Assembly: GCA_016932355.1 (NCBI GenBank)
Contig: JAFGDB010000030.1
Coordinates: 1 to 38,438 of the forward strand
DNA length: 38,438 nt
Origin: Candidatus Iainarchaeum sp.
GTDB lineage: Archaea; Iainarchaeota; Iainarchaeia; Iainarchaeales; GCA-2688035
Direction: 5' to 3'
Shown here: positions 17,853 to 27,847 of the stretch, piece after piece
Layout of the letters: each line of letters opens with the position of its first letter
Position numbering within the stretch: position 1 is the first letter of the stretch
Position numbers and translations under genes: made by a program
Notes under the pieces: generated by a model
Told to the model about the DNA's origin: nothing
Database searches by the model: none
What the model saw: the letters and a program-made list of their open reading frames with translations, nothing else

Positions 17853-17877
17853 AGGCAGCTGCCTTTTTTCCGGAAAA
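17853..17877. other. Two adjacent perfect 12-bp palindromes just downstream of the G3 stop codon
   Basis: AGGCAGCTGCCT at 17853-17864 and TTTTCCGGAAAA at 17866-17877. Function unknown. Confidence 0.4.
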
Positions 17878-17886
17878 TTAGTGCTT

Positions 17887-20800
17887 TCAGCCTGAGAGCA
17901 GCTTGTCCTTGTTCCAGGCAAGCTCAATGATTTCATCGCCTGGCTTTACGCAGACCTGCTCTTCCTTTATCTTTTCAATGAATGAGGCCAGGGATGCCTT
18001 CTTTGATTCTATGGGTTCGTGCAGCTTGAGGTCAAGCTCGCCCTTCCTGTATCCTGCGCCAACATTTATTTCCTCTGCCGTATTCTCTGATTCAACTTTT
18101 GCGCTGCCCTGGCTGCAGTAAACCACGAGCTTGTATTCCCTTGCAAACGGCACAAATGCAATTCCCCTGAAGGTTTTCTGTGCTGTGAGCTGCTGCTGGA
18201 AGCCGTGCAGCGTAAGGTTGCCAATTTCCTTGCAGAGTGTCCTGCCTTGCTCTGGAGTGTGCTTTTGGTCTGCAAAGTCAGCAATTGTTTGGGGCTGTGC
18301 AGCTGGGGGAGTTCTGGTTGGTCCAGCAGGCGGCCTTGGTTCTGCAAGGCTGGCGCTTGATTTGGCCCTGTATGTGAACAGGCTTGGCTCATTACTTATA
18401 ATGCCCTGCTCTGTAGCGCTAATCTCGTAAAGCATGCCCTCTATCCCTGCTCCTGATACAGGGTTAAGCTCAATTTCCAAGGGGATTGCAACGCTTGGGT
18501 TGTATTCAAAGCTGCCCTTCCCTGCCTTGAGTATTGTTCCCTTGTTGGTTTTGTCAAATGTTTCCCCAAACTTGAAGTTCAGGCTTACAAGGCCCTTTGT
18601 TGTGCTTATCGGGCCTGCGTTGTCCTCCTCTGACCCATAGCTCAGGTATGTCTTTCCTGCTTCAGGCGCGTTTGAGAAGCTTACTCCATAGCCTTCCCTT
18701 GTAGCCTTGTCTGTCCCCTCCCCAAACCTGCCTACTTCCCCGTCAATCGGCAGCTCAAAGAACAGGTTCTTTGCATAGCTTTCATTTATTGCCGCAAGTT
18801 CCTTCTCCAAATCAAGCCCAGCATTCCACTGGGTTTCCGTGCCTGCGCTGAAAATGTATTTAATTGCAACATTGTAAAGCCCTGCCTCTGGCAGTGCGTA
18901 AGTGTACTGTTCTTTGCCCTTCTTTCCAAATGCCCATGCCCGTTCGTCCTCAAAGCTTGTGTAGTTAAGCAGGTCATCGCCGCTGCTTTCTAGCGCAAGC
19001 AGGCCGTACTTCAGCCTGAAGTCCCTTCTCAGGTCATAGCTGTAGCCGTCCTTCACAAGGTATGACTGGAATTCAATTGCCCTTTTCCTGAAATCATCAA
19101 AGCTTGCATAATTGTCTTCGCCTTGGGTTTCAGGCAGCTTCAAATTGCTGACAAGGGCTGCCTTTTCCATTGCCTCTTCCTTGCTTTCTTCACTCATGTC
19201 CTTTTCATGCAGCAGCCCTGCCTTGAAAACAGCCTTGCCCCAGACCTCTTTAAGCAAATCGCTTGAAACAGTTGCAACAGATATTTCAGTTCCATTGCCC
19301 TGTGTAACTATCTCTGGAAGAGTAACATCAATGTCCTGCACTGTGTTCCTTTCGGCTTCAGGCTTTGCCTTGAGCTTGTCATATACTGCCTTGTGGAACA
19401 GCCTGTATTCATTGAATGACATCACATAATTTCCCGCAGAATCCTTCTCTGCCCCAAAGCTTTCAAGCACTGTTTTCTGTGCTGTGTCCACCGCAGGGTC
19501 AGCTATTTCAACAACTATTGCTTCCCTGCTTTCGCTCTTCTCAAGCTCCTTGAGAAGCTCCTCTGTTTTTTCAATTATATCCCACCAGGCGCCTGCCTGG
19601 AAGCCCTTTACTGCCTCGGCCCTTGCCTTTACCGTTTCCGCAAATTCAATTGATTCATCCTCAAGTATTTTTCCGTCCTTCCCCTGGAAGAACACAAGGT
19701 CTTTTTTCAAATAGCCTTTTTGCTCTTTGCCTGGTATTGGCTGGTTGAACTTGTCCTCGATTTTTTGCTGCCTGTGAACCCACCTGAACAATTCTGCAGT
19801 GTTCATGTAATTGCTAATGCTGGTGTCATTGCTGCCTGTTGCTGCCTTGACATTTGCCTTGTTGGCTGTTTCCCAGTTGTTTTTGTTGCTTTCAACAAAC
19901 TGCTTTATGTCGTTTGCCTTTTTGTTCAGTTCAATGCTGAACTGCACTGCATCGCAGAATTTTTCACTGCCCTTGCTTTCCTTTGAATCGCACTCCTGCC
20001 TTTCAATGCTGTCCCATGCCCATTCAAATAGCAATTTGTCAAAGCCGTATTTTGTATAAGCTCCGCCTGTTTCCCCGCCCATGGCCTCACAGGTCTTTAC
20101 CTCTGTCGGCTTTATTGCAGGCTCTGCCTCAGTGCATTTTGTAACGTCAATCTGGCTTAATTCAACGCCATTGTTCAAAATATTTACCCTTACAGGAATG
20201 TTGAATGTTCTTGCCCTTGCCCACTGTGTCGGCCTGCTGAGGGTTGCCTCAACTGTTGTGCTTATTTTTGCGCACTGCACGTTCTTCATGCTGCTCCTGT
20301 CAACTGTTACCTCAATGTTCCAGTTGCCCTTCTGCAGGAGGTTCTGGCACTGGTTCGGAACTGCCCTGAAGTAGAGGGTTACACCGCTTTTTGCATCTGT
20401 GTAGCTGCCCTGCACTGTTTCAATGCTGTCTGTTCCGCTGCAGGGCGGCACCTTCAAAAGGTCCTGCTCCGGGGTAAACTTGTAGGTGTTTCCTGAAAAG
20501 CTCCCCTGGGGAACAAAGCCCTGGTTGTTTCCAAACCTTGAGGCAATGTCAAGGCCGTTTGCATTAATGCAAGCCATTGGGTCCTCGACTGCGCTGCCTT
20601 TGTCATTGCACTTCTGCATCAGTTCTGTTGGAATGCCGACCTGGCCTGCATTCCTCATGCACTGGTCAAGCGTTTCCCCATAACCCCACCAGTCGTTGAG
20701 TATTATCCTGAAATACTTTATGTCCTGGCCTCCAAATGGGTTGTAGTAGTAAACGTTTGCCGTTGCCCTTACCTCTGCCCTGTACTTTGCTGAGGTTGCA

Positions 20801-23800
20801 GTTGCCCTCAGCCCGTAAAGTGTTTCAAACGGCATCTGTGCCATGTATTCACAGAGCTGTTTCCTGTACTGTATGTTTGGCTTTACCTCAAAGTCAACAA
20901 CTTGGAGGGTTCTGCCTGTTTCCTCATCAAGCCCTGTCTTGTATTCGTCCACAAAGTAAACGCTTTCAATAAGCGGGCATGTTCCCTCATAGCCGTAAGC
21001 CTGCTGGTATGCCCAGTTGCTGCTTCCATAGGGGTATGCCCCCATTGGGTTGTAGTACCCCTGGGTTGCATTTCCCTGCTGGCTTGTGTAATAGCCCGGG
21101 CCGAGAATTCCGTTTGTTGCCCTGTACTCATTTGCTGAGTAGGGCTGCCCGGTGAGCGGGTTTGGCATGTTGCCCATTGGCGCCTGGTTTATGTAACCTG
21201 AGGTTTGCGTAAACGGGTTTGGGTATGCCTGAAGCATAATCTTTTCCTGCTGTTCCTGGCCTTCGCTGAGCTGGAATGTGTTTATCTGCTGGCCTGGAAC
21301 CTGGCATGCAAAGTCTATTATCTTGCCTGCCTTTGGCAGCCTCACGCCAACGTCATAGCAGTAGTTGAATACTGATGCATCCTGCGGCCTGCCGACGAAA
21401 TCACTGAGGTTTATGTTGTCCGTGCTTAAGTGTATGCATTCCTCGTCTATCTCGCCTGGCCTGCTTACAATTACATCAACTGTTCCAACCTTGTAAGGGT
21501 CTTCTTGCCCCTTCTTGAGCTTGGCTGTTACGTCAATTGTGTATTTACCCATCCTGTAGCCTGCCTCAATTTTCACTGTCTTGTCTGTGTCTGGGTCAAG
21601 CGAGAAGCTGTCAGAGTCTGTCCTTATCCTTGATGGAACGTCCAAATCAATTTCAACAGCCTCTTCGCATGTGTTCTTTACAATGAAGTTGCTTTCGCCA
21701 AAGCCGTACATCCAGCTCTGGTCTTCCCCCTGGTCATAATACCTTGTGTAGTATGAGGTGTCAAACTGCGAGTATGGGTATGTGCTTCCGCCGTACATGC
21801 TTCCATACCCTGTTCCATATCCTCCATAAGCGCTTCCATATCCTGACCCATAGCTGCCGTATGTTCCGTAGCTGCTTGCATATCCGCCAAGGCCGTTCTG
21901 CGTGTATGGGCTGTATCCGTATCCTGCGCTGCTTCCGTAAAGCCCGTAACCTAAATTCATTGGAACTGTTTCAACCATTACCGGGCTTTCCGCATCTATC
22001 TTTACGCATTCTGAAAGCTTGCTTATGTGTATTTCTGTCGGAAGCCCTAATTCAATCTTTTCATCGCCTCTCTCTGTAATGTTTGTTGCCCTGAATTCAA
22101 TCTTTGGCTTTCCTGATGCTGAGTCAATTGAGCTGTTTGGGGTGAATGTTAATTTTATGCTGCCTTCAAACTCTTCCGGCAGCACGTCTGCAAATGTTGA
22201 GTATGCTTCTGCAAGCGTGATTTCGTTTGCTTCAGGCAGCTCCTCGCTGCTCAGCACGAATTTTCCCAGCCCGTTTTCGTTTCCTGATGCAATCCTTGCC
22301 TCAAAGTCCTTAAGCGCAATGGTTTTCCCGTCCACAGTGCAGTCATTTACCAGTGTAAATTCCTGGCTTTCGCTTTTGTCCTGGCCTGTTATAATTTCCC
22401 ATTTGACTGGCTCTATGCCCAGGCATTCTCCCTCATCCACCTGCTCGCCCAGCCCAATCCTGATTGTGATTGGTATTTCCTGCAGGAAGCTTGCTGATGC
22501 CTTTTCGCTCCTGACTGTTATTGTCAGGCTGCCCTCCATCTTTGCCGGCCTTTCAATAAGTGCGCCTTCCTCTGTAAGCTTCAGCGTCAGGAAGATGTTA
22601 AGGTCTGCGTTTTGCTTTATCTCTGCCCCAAGGTAGTCATCATACCATTCAAATTCAACAAGGTCGTTGCCAAAGCCGTTGAAGCTGAACCTTGTAATTG
22701 TAAGGTCGCTTATTGTCTGGTTGCTTAAGAGTATTTCTTTTTCTATTTCGCTGAGGTAATTGTCAAGCTTTTCGTTTATTTTTGGGGGGCTTACAATAAG
22801 TATTTGCTGGTCTACCTTTGTTTCAAGCTCTGCTTTCCTGTAGCCTGTTTTTTCCGCCCTTACAAGCAGTGTTGCGCCTGTTGCAGGCGCTTCCAGGTTG
22901 TATTCAACCCTGCCCTGGCCGTCGCTTTCTGTTGATTTAAGCAGCACTTCATCCAAGTAAATGCTTACAATTGCGTTGCTCACTGTTTTGCCTGTGCTGT
23001 CACTAACCTTTACCAGAATTTCGTTGTCTATGAGCGGCATTACCTCTTTTGGAATCATTTCAAGCCTCAGCTCCTCTGCCGCTGCAACCCTTACATTAAT
23101 TGCTTCATTCAGCACAGGCTGGTTGTTTGACTTTATGGCAATTGTCAGCGGGTTGTTTCCCTCTTTCTCTGTTTCAAATTCAATTGACCCATATACAACG
23201 CTGTCGCTCTCCATGTTTCCAATGGGCTTTGAAATGCTGTATCCTTCAGCTTTCCCGCTGCTTTCAAGGCCTGTTGCATCCTTTATGCTGTATTCCCCAA
23301 ACCTCAGGCCGTCTGTTTCGCTTCCAAACTCTATTTCGCAGTTTGTAAAGGCCTGCTCGTTTATGCTGCTTATTGTAAAGTATAGCTTGTAGCTGCTTCC
23401 AATTGTTGCGTCGTATTCCTGCACAACATTTATCCTTGTCCTCTTTGCAAGGTCCTCTATGCTGAAGCTCTTGCAGAATGCCTCATTGCACAGGTTTGTT
23501 GGGCCTGCTGATGCAGCAAGGTAATTTGCATTGGCATACAATGCCTGCTTTTCAGAGGTGCTTTCTGCCCCTGCAAGCTCGTTGTCTTTTGGGTACCTTG
23601 TGTAAATGCCTTTTTTGCCCCATGCCCTATACCACATTGGCAAAAGCTGGCCTATTCCTGCGCTTTCCTTTACCTGCACTTCAACCTCTGCAGCGTATGC
23701 GCCTGCGCTGGCATTCTCCCACATGATGTTTGCCCACTTGCTGTCGCCTGTTGTTAAATGAATAGCATCTGTTGGATACCCTTTTGGCGGCGTAAAGGAT

Positions 23801-25851
23801 GTCCCTTTGAGAATGTTTGCTGTTGAGGCATAAATCCCCTTGATGTAGATTGCGTCCTCCTCCATTATGTTGGTCTTGCCCTCAAGGGCTTCGCCTGCCC
23901 TGAAGTGGATTCCAGCCTCATCAAATTCGTCGCCCTTTGCCACAAGCAGGAGCAGCTTTGCAGTGTACTTTTCCCCCTGCCCTAAATCCATTGTTTCAGG
24001 CACCTGTTCCTCTCCCTGGTAAAAGCCCAAAACTTTTACCTGGAGCTCCCCTGGGTCCTTTGCAAGGTTAACTATTATTGGAACAGTGCTGTTCGGGTCT
24101 GGCATTGCTGCAATGCTGTAGTATGGCAGGAAGTCCGCTGCATCAATTTTAAAGTAAACCTTTTTGTCAGCCCTTATGTTTACAGTGTATTTTCCCTCAA
24201 TGTCTGTGATTCCTTCAGCCTCTTTCTCTTCCAGGACTGAGTTCATTACCTCAACTATTGCTCCCTGCACTGCCTGCCCTTCATCGCTTAAGACAGTGAG
24301 CTCAATATTGCCCCACCCAATCGGCAGGACAATTGTTATCCTGTTTTCAATCCTTGGCCTTATTGTGATTGGGTCGCTTGTTTTGCCCTCAAAGCCTTTC
24401 TTTGCTGCGTAAACATAGTATGTTTCCAAAGGCAAATTTGTGAATTCTGCCATTCCGTCAGAGCCTGTTGCCCTGTCGTTTGCATAGATTGTGCCGTCAG
24501 GCTTTTTCAGGATAAGCCTTACGTTGTCAATTGCGTTTCCCCTTGAGTCAACAACCTCTACAACAAGTGTTTGCGTGTTGTCGGAGGTTGCAGGGCTTAA
24601 ATAAATTTCCCTCAGCGTGCCCGAAGCGCTTATGCCTGAAACTGTTGCAATCAGGTAGCCTGCTGCATCAACCTGAATGCCGTATTCCACGCTTTCAGTT
24701 ACAGTGAATTCAGCAATTCCCGCGCTGTCAGTGTATGCTGTGTCAATTGTTGCATAATCCCTCTTCAGGTAAACGGTTGCGTTTTCAACAGGGTCTGTGC
24801 TTTCAACATCCTTTGCAAGAATCCTGATTGTTCCAGCGCTTGCTTCCTGCAAACTAACATTAAATGTTATTATCTGGTCCTTCCTCAATTCTTTGAGGTC
24901 CGGGGCTGCCAGCTGGCTTCCGTCAAAGCCTCCATACCTGCCCTGGCTGTCGTGCGCAACTATGTAGTATGTGCCTGTTGCTATGTTCTCAAAGGATGCA
25001 GTTCCTGCAGAGCTGCTGTAGCTTGTTCCAGCCAATATCTCGTCATCCCTGTAAAGCATTACTGTTACGCCGCTAACTGCCTCGCCTGCCCCATTCTCAA
25101 CAGTCACATTTACTGTGCCTGTGTCTGTTGCAATTGCCTGCAGGAAAAGCTGCGGTGCAGCGCTTGCAATGCTTATAACGCCGTTCACTGCAGAATAGCC
25201 TGCCACAGGGTTTGCAACAAGGCTTCCGCAGTTGCTTGGAACCTGCAATTCGATTACGCCGTTTACGCTTTCCTCTGTCCTGCTGAATGAGCTTGCGTCT
25301 GGGCTGCTGCAGCTGAACCTTACTGTAACAGGGTCTGTGATGAGCTCGTTTGAGCCTGCCTTCATTAGCTGTATGCTCTTTAAAACAGTGCCTGCCACAG
25401 GGTTTAGTGAAACTGTTTTTTCAATTGATTCTGAAACATCAATTGTTTCCTCAAAGCTGCCATAACCGCTTTTTTCAACAAGTATTGTTATTTCGCCTGG
25501 TGCAACAGAGACAAATGCCCTTCCCTCTGCATTGGTTGAAACAATCTGCTCAAGGCCTGCCGAATCAGTTACGGTTATGTCTGCTGCCTGCAGCGCAAGC
25601 CCTGCTTCAGAGTCCTTTACAATAAAGCTTACTGTTGTTCCCTGGAAAACCCCGCCAAGAAGCAGAACCAGGCCTGCAATGATTATTATAATCAGCGCAA
25701 GCACTACAGGGAATGAGGGGATGTTCCTTTTTTCAATTGCGTCCACCAATGGGTACAGTGAGAGGCCCTTTCCCTCAAGCCAGTCCAGTGCCTTGTAGTA
25801 CTTGTCCTCTATTGCAAAATAGCCGTTGCGCAGGCTGTCCTTCAAACCCAT
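17887..25851 (-). CDS. Giant membrane-anchored surface protein G3 (2654 aa): Ig-like stalk, two Tyr/Gly/Gln-rich low-complexity inserts, large helical insert in the core
   Basis: Uninterrupted 8.0-kb ORF. Leader YFAIEDKYYKALD...IPSF + TM. Motifs WYRAW..RYPKDNEL, FCDAVQFSI, SYLVKDGY, LPIDGEVG and C-terminal VC...WN. Confidence 0.92.
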   Translation of the reverse strand: MGLKDSLRNGYFAIEDKYYKALDWLEGKGLSLYPLVDAIEKRNIPSFPVVLALIIIIIAGLVLLLGGVFQGTTVSFIVKDSEAGLALQAADITVTDSAGLEQIVSTNAEGRAFVSVAPGEITILVEKSGYGSFEETIDVSESIEKTVSLNPVAGTVLKSIQLMKAGSNELITDPVTVRFSCSSPDASSFSRTEESVNGVIELQVPSNCGSLVANPVAGYSAVNGVISIASAAPQLFLQAIATDTGTVNVTVENGAGEAVSGVTVMLYRDDEILAGTSYSSSAGTASFENIATGTYYIVAHDSQGRYGGFDGSQLAAPDLKELRKDQIITFNVSLQEASAGTIRILAKDVESTDPVENATVYLKRDYATIDTAYTDSAGIAEFTVTESVEYGIQVDAAGYLIATVSGISASGTLREIYLSPATSDNTQTLVVEVVDSRGNAIDNVRLILKKPDGTIYANDRATGSDGMAEFTNLPLETYYVYAAKKGFEGKTSDPITIRPRIENRITIVLPIGWGNIELTVLSDEGQAVQGAIVEVMNSVLEEKEAEGITDIEGKYTVNIRADKKVYFKIDAADFLPYYSIAAMPDPNSTVPIIVNLAKDPGELQVKVLGFYQGEEQVPETMDLGQGEKYTAKLLLLVAKGDEFDEAGIHFRAGEALEGKTNIMEEDAIYIKGIYASTANILKGTSFTPPKGYPTDAIHLTTGDSKWANIMWENASAGAYAAEVEVQVKESAGIGQLLPMWYRAWGKKGIYTRYPKDNELAGAESTSEKQALYANANYLAASAGPTNLCNEAFCKSFSIEDLAKRTRINVVQEYDATIGSSYKLYFTISSINEQAFTNCEIEFGSETDGLRFGEYSIKDATGLESSGKAEGYSISKPIGNMESDSVVYGSIEFETEKEGNNPLTIAIKSNNQPVLNEAINVRVAAAEELRLEMIPKEVMPLIDNEILVKVSDSTGKTVSNAIVSIYLDEVLLKSTESDGQGRVEYNLEAPATGATLLVRAEKTGYRKAELETKVDQQILIVSPPKINEKLDNYLSEIEKEILLSNQTISDLTITRFSFNGFGNDLVEFEWYDDYLGAEIKQNADLNIFLTLKLTEEGALIERPAKMEGSLTITVRSEKASASFLQEIPITIRIGLGEQVDEGECLGIEPVKWEIITGQDKSESQEFTLVNDCTVDGKTIALKDFEARIASGNENGLGKFVLSSEELPEANEITLAEAYSTFADVLPEEFEGSIKLTFTPNSSIDSASGKPKIEFRATNITERGDEKIELGLPTEIHISKLSECVKIDAESPVMVETVPMNLGYGLYGSSAGYGYSPYTQNGLGGYASSYGTYGSYGSGYGSAYGGYGTGYGSMYGGSTYPYSQFDTSYYTRYYDQGEDQSWMYGFGESNFIVKNTCEEAVEIDLDVPSRIRTDSDSFSLDPDTDKTVKIEAGYRMGKYTIDVTAKLKKGQEDPYKVGTVDVIVSRPGEIDEECIHLSTDNINLSDFVGRPQDASVFNYCYDVGVRLPKAGKIIDFACQVPGQQINTFQLSEGQEQQEKIMLQAYPNPFTQTSGYINQAPMGNMPNPLTGQPYSANEYRATNGILGPGYYTSQQGNATQGYYNPMGAYPYGSSNWAYQQAYGYEGTCPLIESVYFVDEYKTGLDEETGRTLQVVDFEVKPNIQYRKQLCEYMAQMPFETLYGLRATATSAKYRAEVRATANVYYYNPFGGQDIKYFRIILNDWWGYGETLDQCMRNAGQVGIPTELMQKCNDKGSAVEDPMACINANGLDIASRFGNNQGFVPQGSFSGNTYKFTPEQDLLKVPPCSGTDSIETVQGSYTDAKSGVTLYFRAVPNQCQNLLQKGNWNIEVTVDRSSMKNVQCAKISTTVEATLSRPTQWARARTFNIPVRVNILNNGVELSQIDVTKCTEAEPAIKPTEVKTCEAMGGETGGAYTKYGFDKLLFEWAWDSIERQECDSKESKGSEKFCDAVQFSIELNKKANDIKQFVESNKNNWETANKANVKAATGSNDTSISNYMNTAELFRWVHRQQKIEDKFNQPIPGKEQKGYLKKDLVFFQGKDGKILEDESIEFAETVKARAEAVKGFQAGAWWDIIEKTEELLKELEKSESREAIVVEIADPAVDTAQKTVLESFGAEKDSAGNYVMSFNEYRLFHKAVYDKLKAKPEAERNTVQDIDVTLPEIVTQGNGTEISVATVSSDLLKEVWGKAVFKAGLLHEKDMSEESKEEAMEKAALVSNLKLPETQGEDNYASFDDFRKRAIEFQSYLVKDGYSYDLRRDFRLKYGLLALESSGDDLLNYTSFEDERAWAFGKKGKEQYTYALPEAGLYNVAIKYIFSAGTETQWNAGLDLEKELAAINESYAKNLFFELPIDGEVGRFGEGTDKATREGYGVSFSNAPEAGKTYLSYGSEEDNAGPISTTKGLVSLNFKFGETFDKTNKGTILKAGKGSFEYNPSVAIPLEIELNPVSGAGIEGMLYEISATEQGIISNEPSLFTYRAKSSASLAEPRPPAGPTRTPPAAQPQTIADFADQKHTPEQGRTLCKEIGNLTLHGFQQQLTAQKTFRGIAFVPFAREYKLVVYCSQGSAKVESENTAEEINVGAGYRKGELDLKLHEPIESKKASLASFIEKIKEEQVCVKPGDEIIELAWNKDKLLSG

Positions 25852-26053
25852 TTTTATTCACTTAATAACTATATAATATTATTTTGTTGTTGTTTATTAA
25901 CTTAACTAAAGCCAGGAAAATGCCGCTTTTTGGCAATTAATTAAAGTCTATCTCTCTTCTTATTTAAATAGCTTTTGCTGGGCTTTTTTTTTACGCGCAT
26001 TCTGCCTGCTGTTGGCCCTTTTGGGGAAATGCTTCTTATCTGCTGCTTCCCCA

Positions 26054-27775
26054 TTACGCTGGGACGCAGCCTGTTGGCTTAAACGCATGCCCTGGCCCTG
26101 TCAAAAGCCCTGCCTCAAGCTCGTAAAGGCTGTTGCAGTACCAGCCGCTTCCAGGGTTTAGGCTGCAGCCTGTTGCGCTTGGCTCAGCACCATAAAGGCA
26201 GCTGTTGCCCATTTCCCCAGAATCCCAGGCTGCGGTAAAAGGGATGTATGTGTTGTCCTTGAGGTTTATCCTGTAAATCTTTTCACCTTCCTTGTCAACC
26301 ATGTAAAGAGGGTCTTCCTCCTTGAATGCAAGCGTTACGCTGATGCTTGTTACCTCAGTGCACTTTGAGCTATGCTCTGCAAAATCACCAGTGCACTGCA
26401 TCTCAGCAGCGCTTATTACAGGCCTTTCCCCCCTTTCCTCAATTCCTGCAAAAAGCCCCATTCTCCTTGCCTGCTCCAGCCCAAAGCTGTTGTTCCTGCC
26501 GCACTGCTCTGCATCATAGCCTGGCTGGCTAAAGCCCGGGATGCTTCCAGGATTTCCCTCTGCAATTCCGAGCTTTTTTGAATCAGCTGCCTCAACATTT
26601 ACCTCAATGCTTTCAGCAAGCGCACCGCATTCCTCACCTAAGAGCGTGAACTTGTCATTTTGGTCTACGTCCAAGTAGCCGGAAAGCTTTGCCTTTTTCA
26701 TTACATCGCAGACCTTTGCTGTTGCAAGCTCTTTCAGTGTGCTCTTCATGTCATTGCCGTTGTCATTGTAGCTTGCATTGTATGTTGGGTGGCTTTGCGC
26801 TACTTCAGAGCACCAGCTGTAGCTGCACTGCAGTTCTGTTTCAATGCCCTGTGCCCAGTATTCCCCGAGCTCGCCCCTGTTTTCCCCTGGGCAGAGCTTT
26901 CCAGAGAGGACCTTTTGCTCAGGGGGCTTGAATGGGTCGTTCCTTGGCGCGCAGTACCCATAATCGCACATTCCTAATGCCATGTCCTCAATTGTGTTGT
27001 GCACCTTGGGTGAGAAAAGGCCGTTGTCCTCTGCTGTGTCAATACGGTCAAGCGGGTAATGTGTTAATGCCCTTGCCTCTGCAATTGCCTTGAAAAACCG
27101 CAGCGGAACGTAAATCCTGAAGTTGGTTCTTGGCAGGACCACTTCTTTTAGTTCCTTGCCTGTTGCCTTGTCGTAAACATTGAGCTTTGGAAGGCTTTCA
27201 TATTCATCCTCTGTAAGCCTTTCAAGGTGCAGGTTTACATAGAATGTGCCTTTTGGGCAGCTCTCAGGCATTCCGCCCTCGCATTCTATAATATGGAAGA
27301 AGTCGCCTGCCTCAACGCTTTTCTGTATGGCTGTTTCAAGGCCCTGCTGCAGCCCACTGCTTTCCTCAAAAGTAATCCTGTAGTTTCCAAAATGGGTTTC
27401 TCCGTGGAAAAGCCCCTCCAGTGTTTTTGCCGTGTAGAATGCAAGCGCTTTGCTTCCTGGTCCGCCAAACTTGCTTTCTGCAAAGTCTGCCTGTATTTCC
27501 TCCCATGTCTTGTTGTGCAGCTCAAGTGTTAGCGCATCCCCTGTGAGCCATTCCTCTATCCTGTAGCGCAGGGTAAAGTTTATTATCTGCATTGCGTCAG
27601 CCCTTGCCATTTCGGCAACTGCCTCCAAATCAGACCTTGACTCAATGCCTGCAATTGTTTCATTTGCCTTTGCCTCTGACTGCATCATTGCATTTATGAG
27701 GAGCACTGCAAGAATTATTAACAGGAATGAGACAAGCGCTGTAAAAAGGTTAAAGGCCCTTTGGTTCAGGTGCAT
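26054..27775 (-). CDS. Cys-rich secreted protein with a class III (type IV pilin-like) signal peptide, 573 aa; putative minor pilin or tip adhesin
   Basis: N-terminus MHLNQRA|FNLFTALVSFLLIILAVLLINAMM fits the archaeal prepilin pattern [KR][GA] followed by a hydrophobic helix, then a long amphipathic helix. I count 16 Cys. TTTAAATA box about 27 nt upstream. Confidence 0.75.
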   Translation of the reverse strand: MHLNQRAFNLFTALVSFLLIILAVLLINAMMQSEAKANETIAGIESRSDLEAVAEMARADAMQIINFTLRYRIEEWLTGDALTLELHNKTWEEIQADFAESKFGGPGSKALAFYTAKTLEGLFHGETHFGNYRITFEESSGLQQGLETAIQKSVEAGDFFHIIECEGGMPESCPKGTFYVNLHLERLTEDEYESLPKLNVYDKATGKELKEVVLPRTNFRIYVPLRFFKAIAEARALTHYPLDRIDTAEDNGLFSPKVHNTIEDMALGMCDYGYCAPRNDPFKPPEQKVLSGKLCPGENRGELGEYWAQGIETELQCSYSWCSEVAQSHPTYNASYNDNGNDMKSTLKELATAKVCDVMKKAKLSGYLDVDQNDKFTLLGEECGALAESIEVNVEAADSKKLGIAEGNPGSIPGFSQPGYDAEQCGRNNSFGLEQARRMGLFAGIEERGERPVISAAEMQCTGDFAEHSSKCTEVTSISVTLAFKEEDPLYMVDKEGEKIYRINLKDNTYIPFTAAWDSGEMGNSCLYGAEPSATGCSLNPGSGWYCNSLYELEAGLLTGPGHAFKPTGCVPA

Positions 27776-27847
27776 GCAAGAAAAGAATAGGCTTTACGTT
27801 ATTTAAATATGTTTTGGAAACGAAATAGCGATTAATGGCAAAAGGCT

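Noticed and set aside
17745..17936. 63-aa minus-strand ORF overlapping the G3 end
   Set aside because: Overlaps G3 out of frame and runs into AT-rich intergenic DNA, with no protein-like features.
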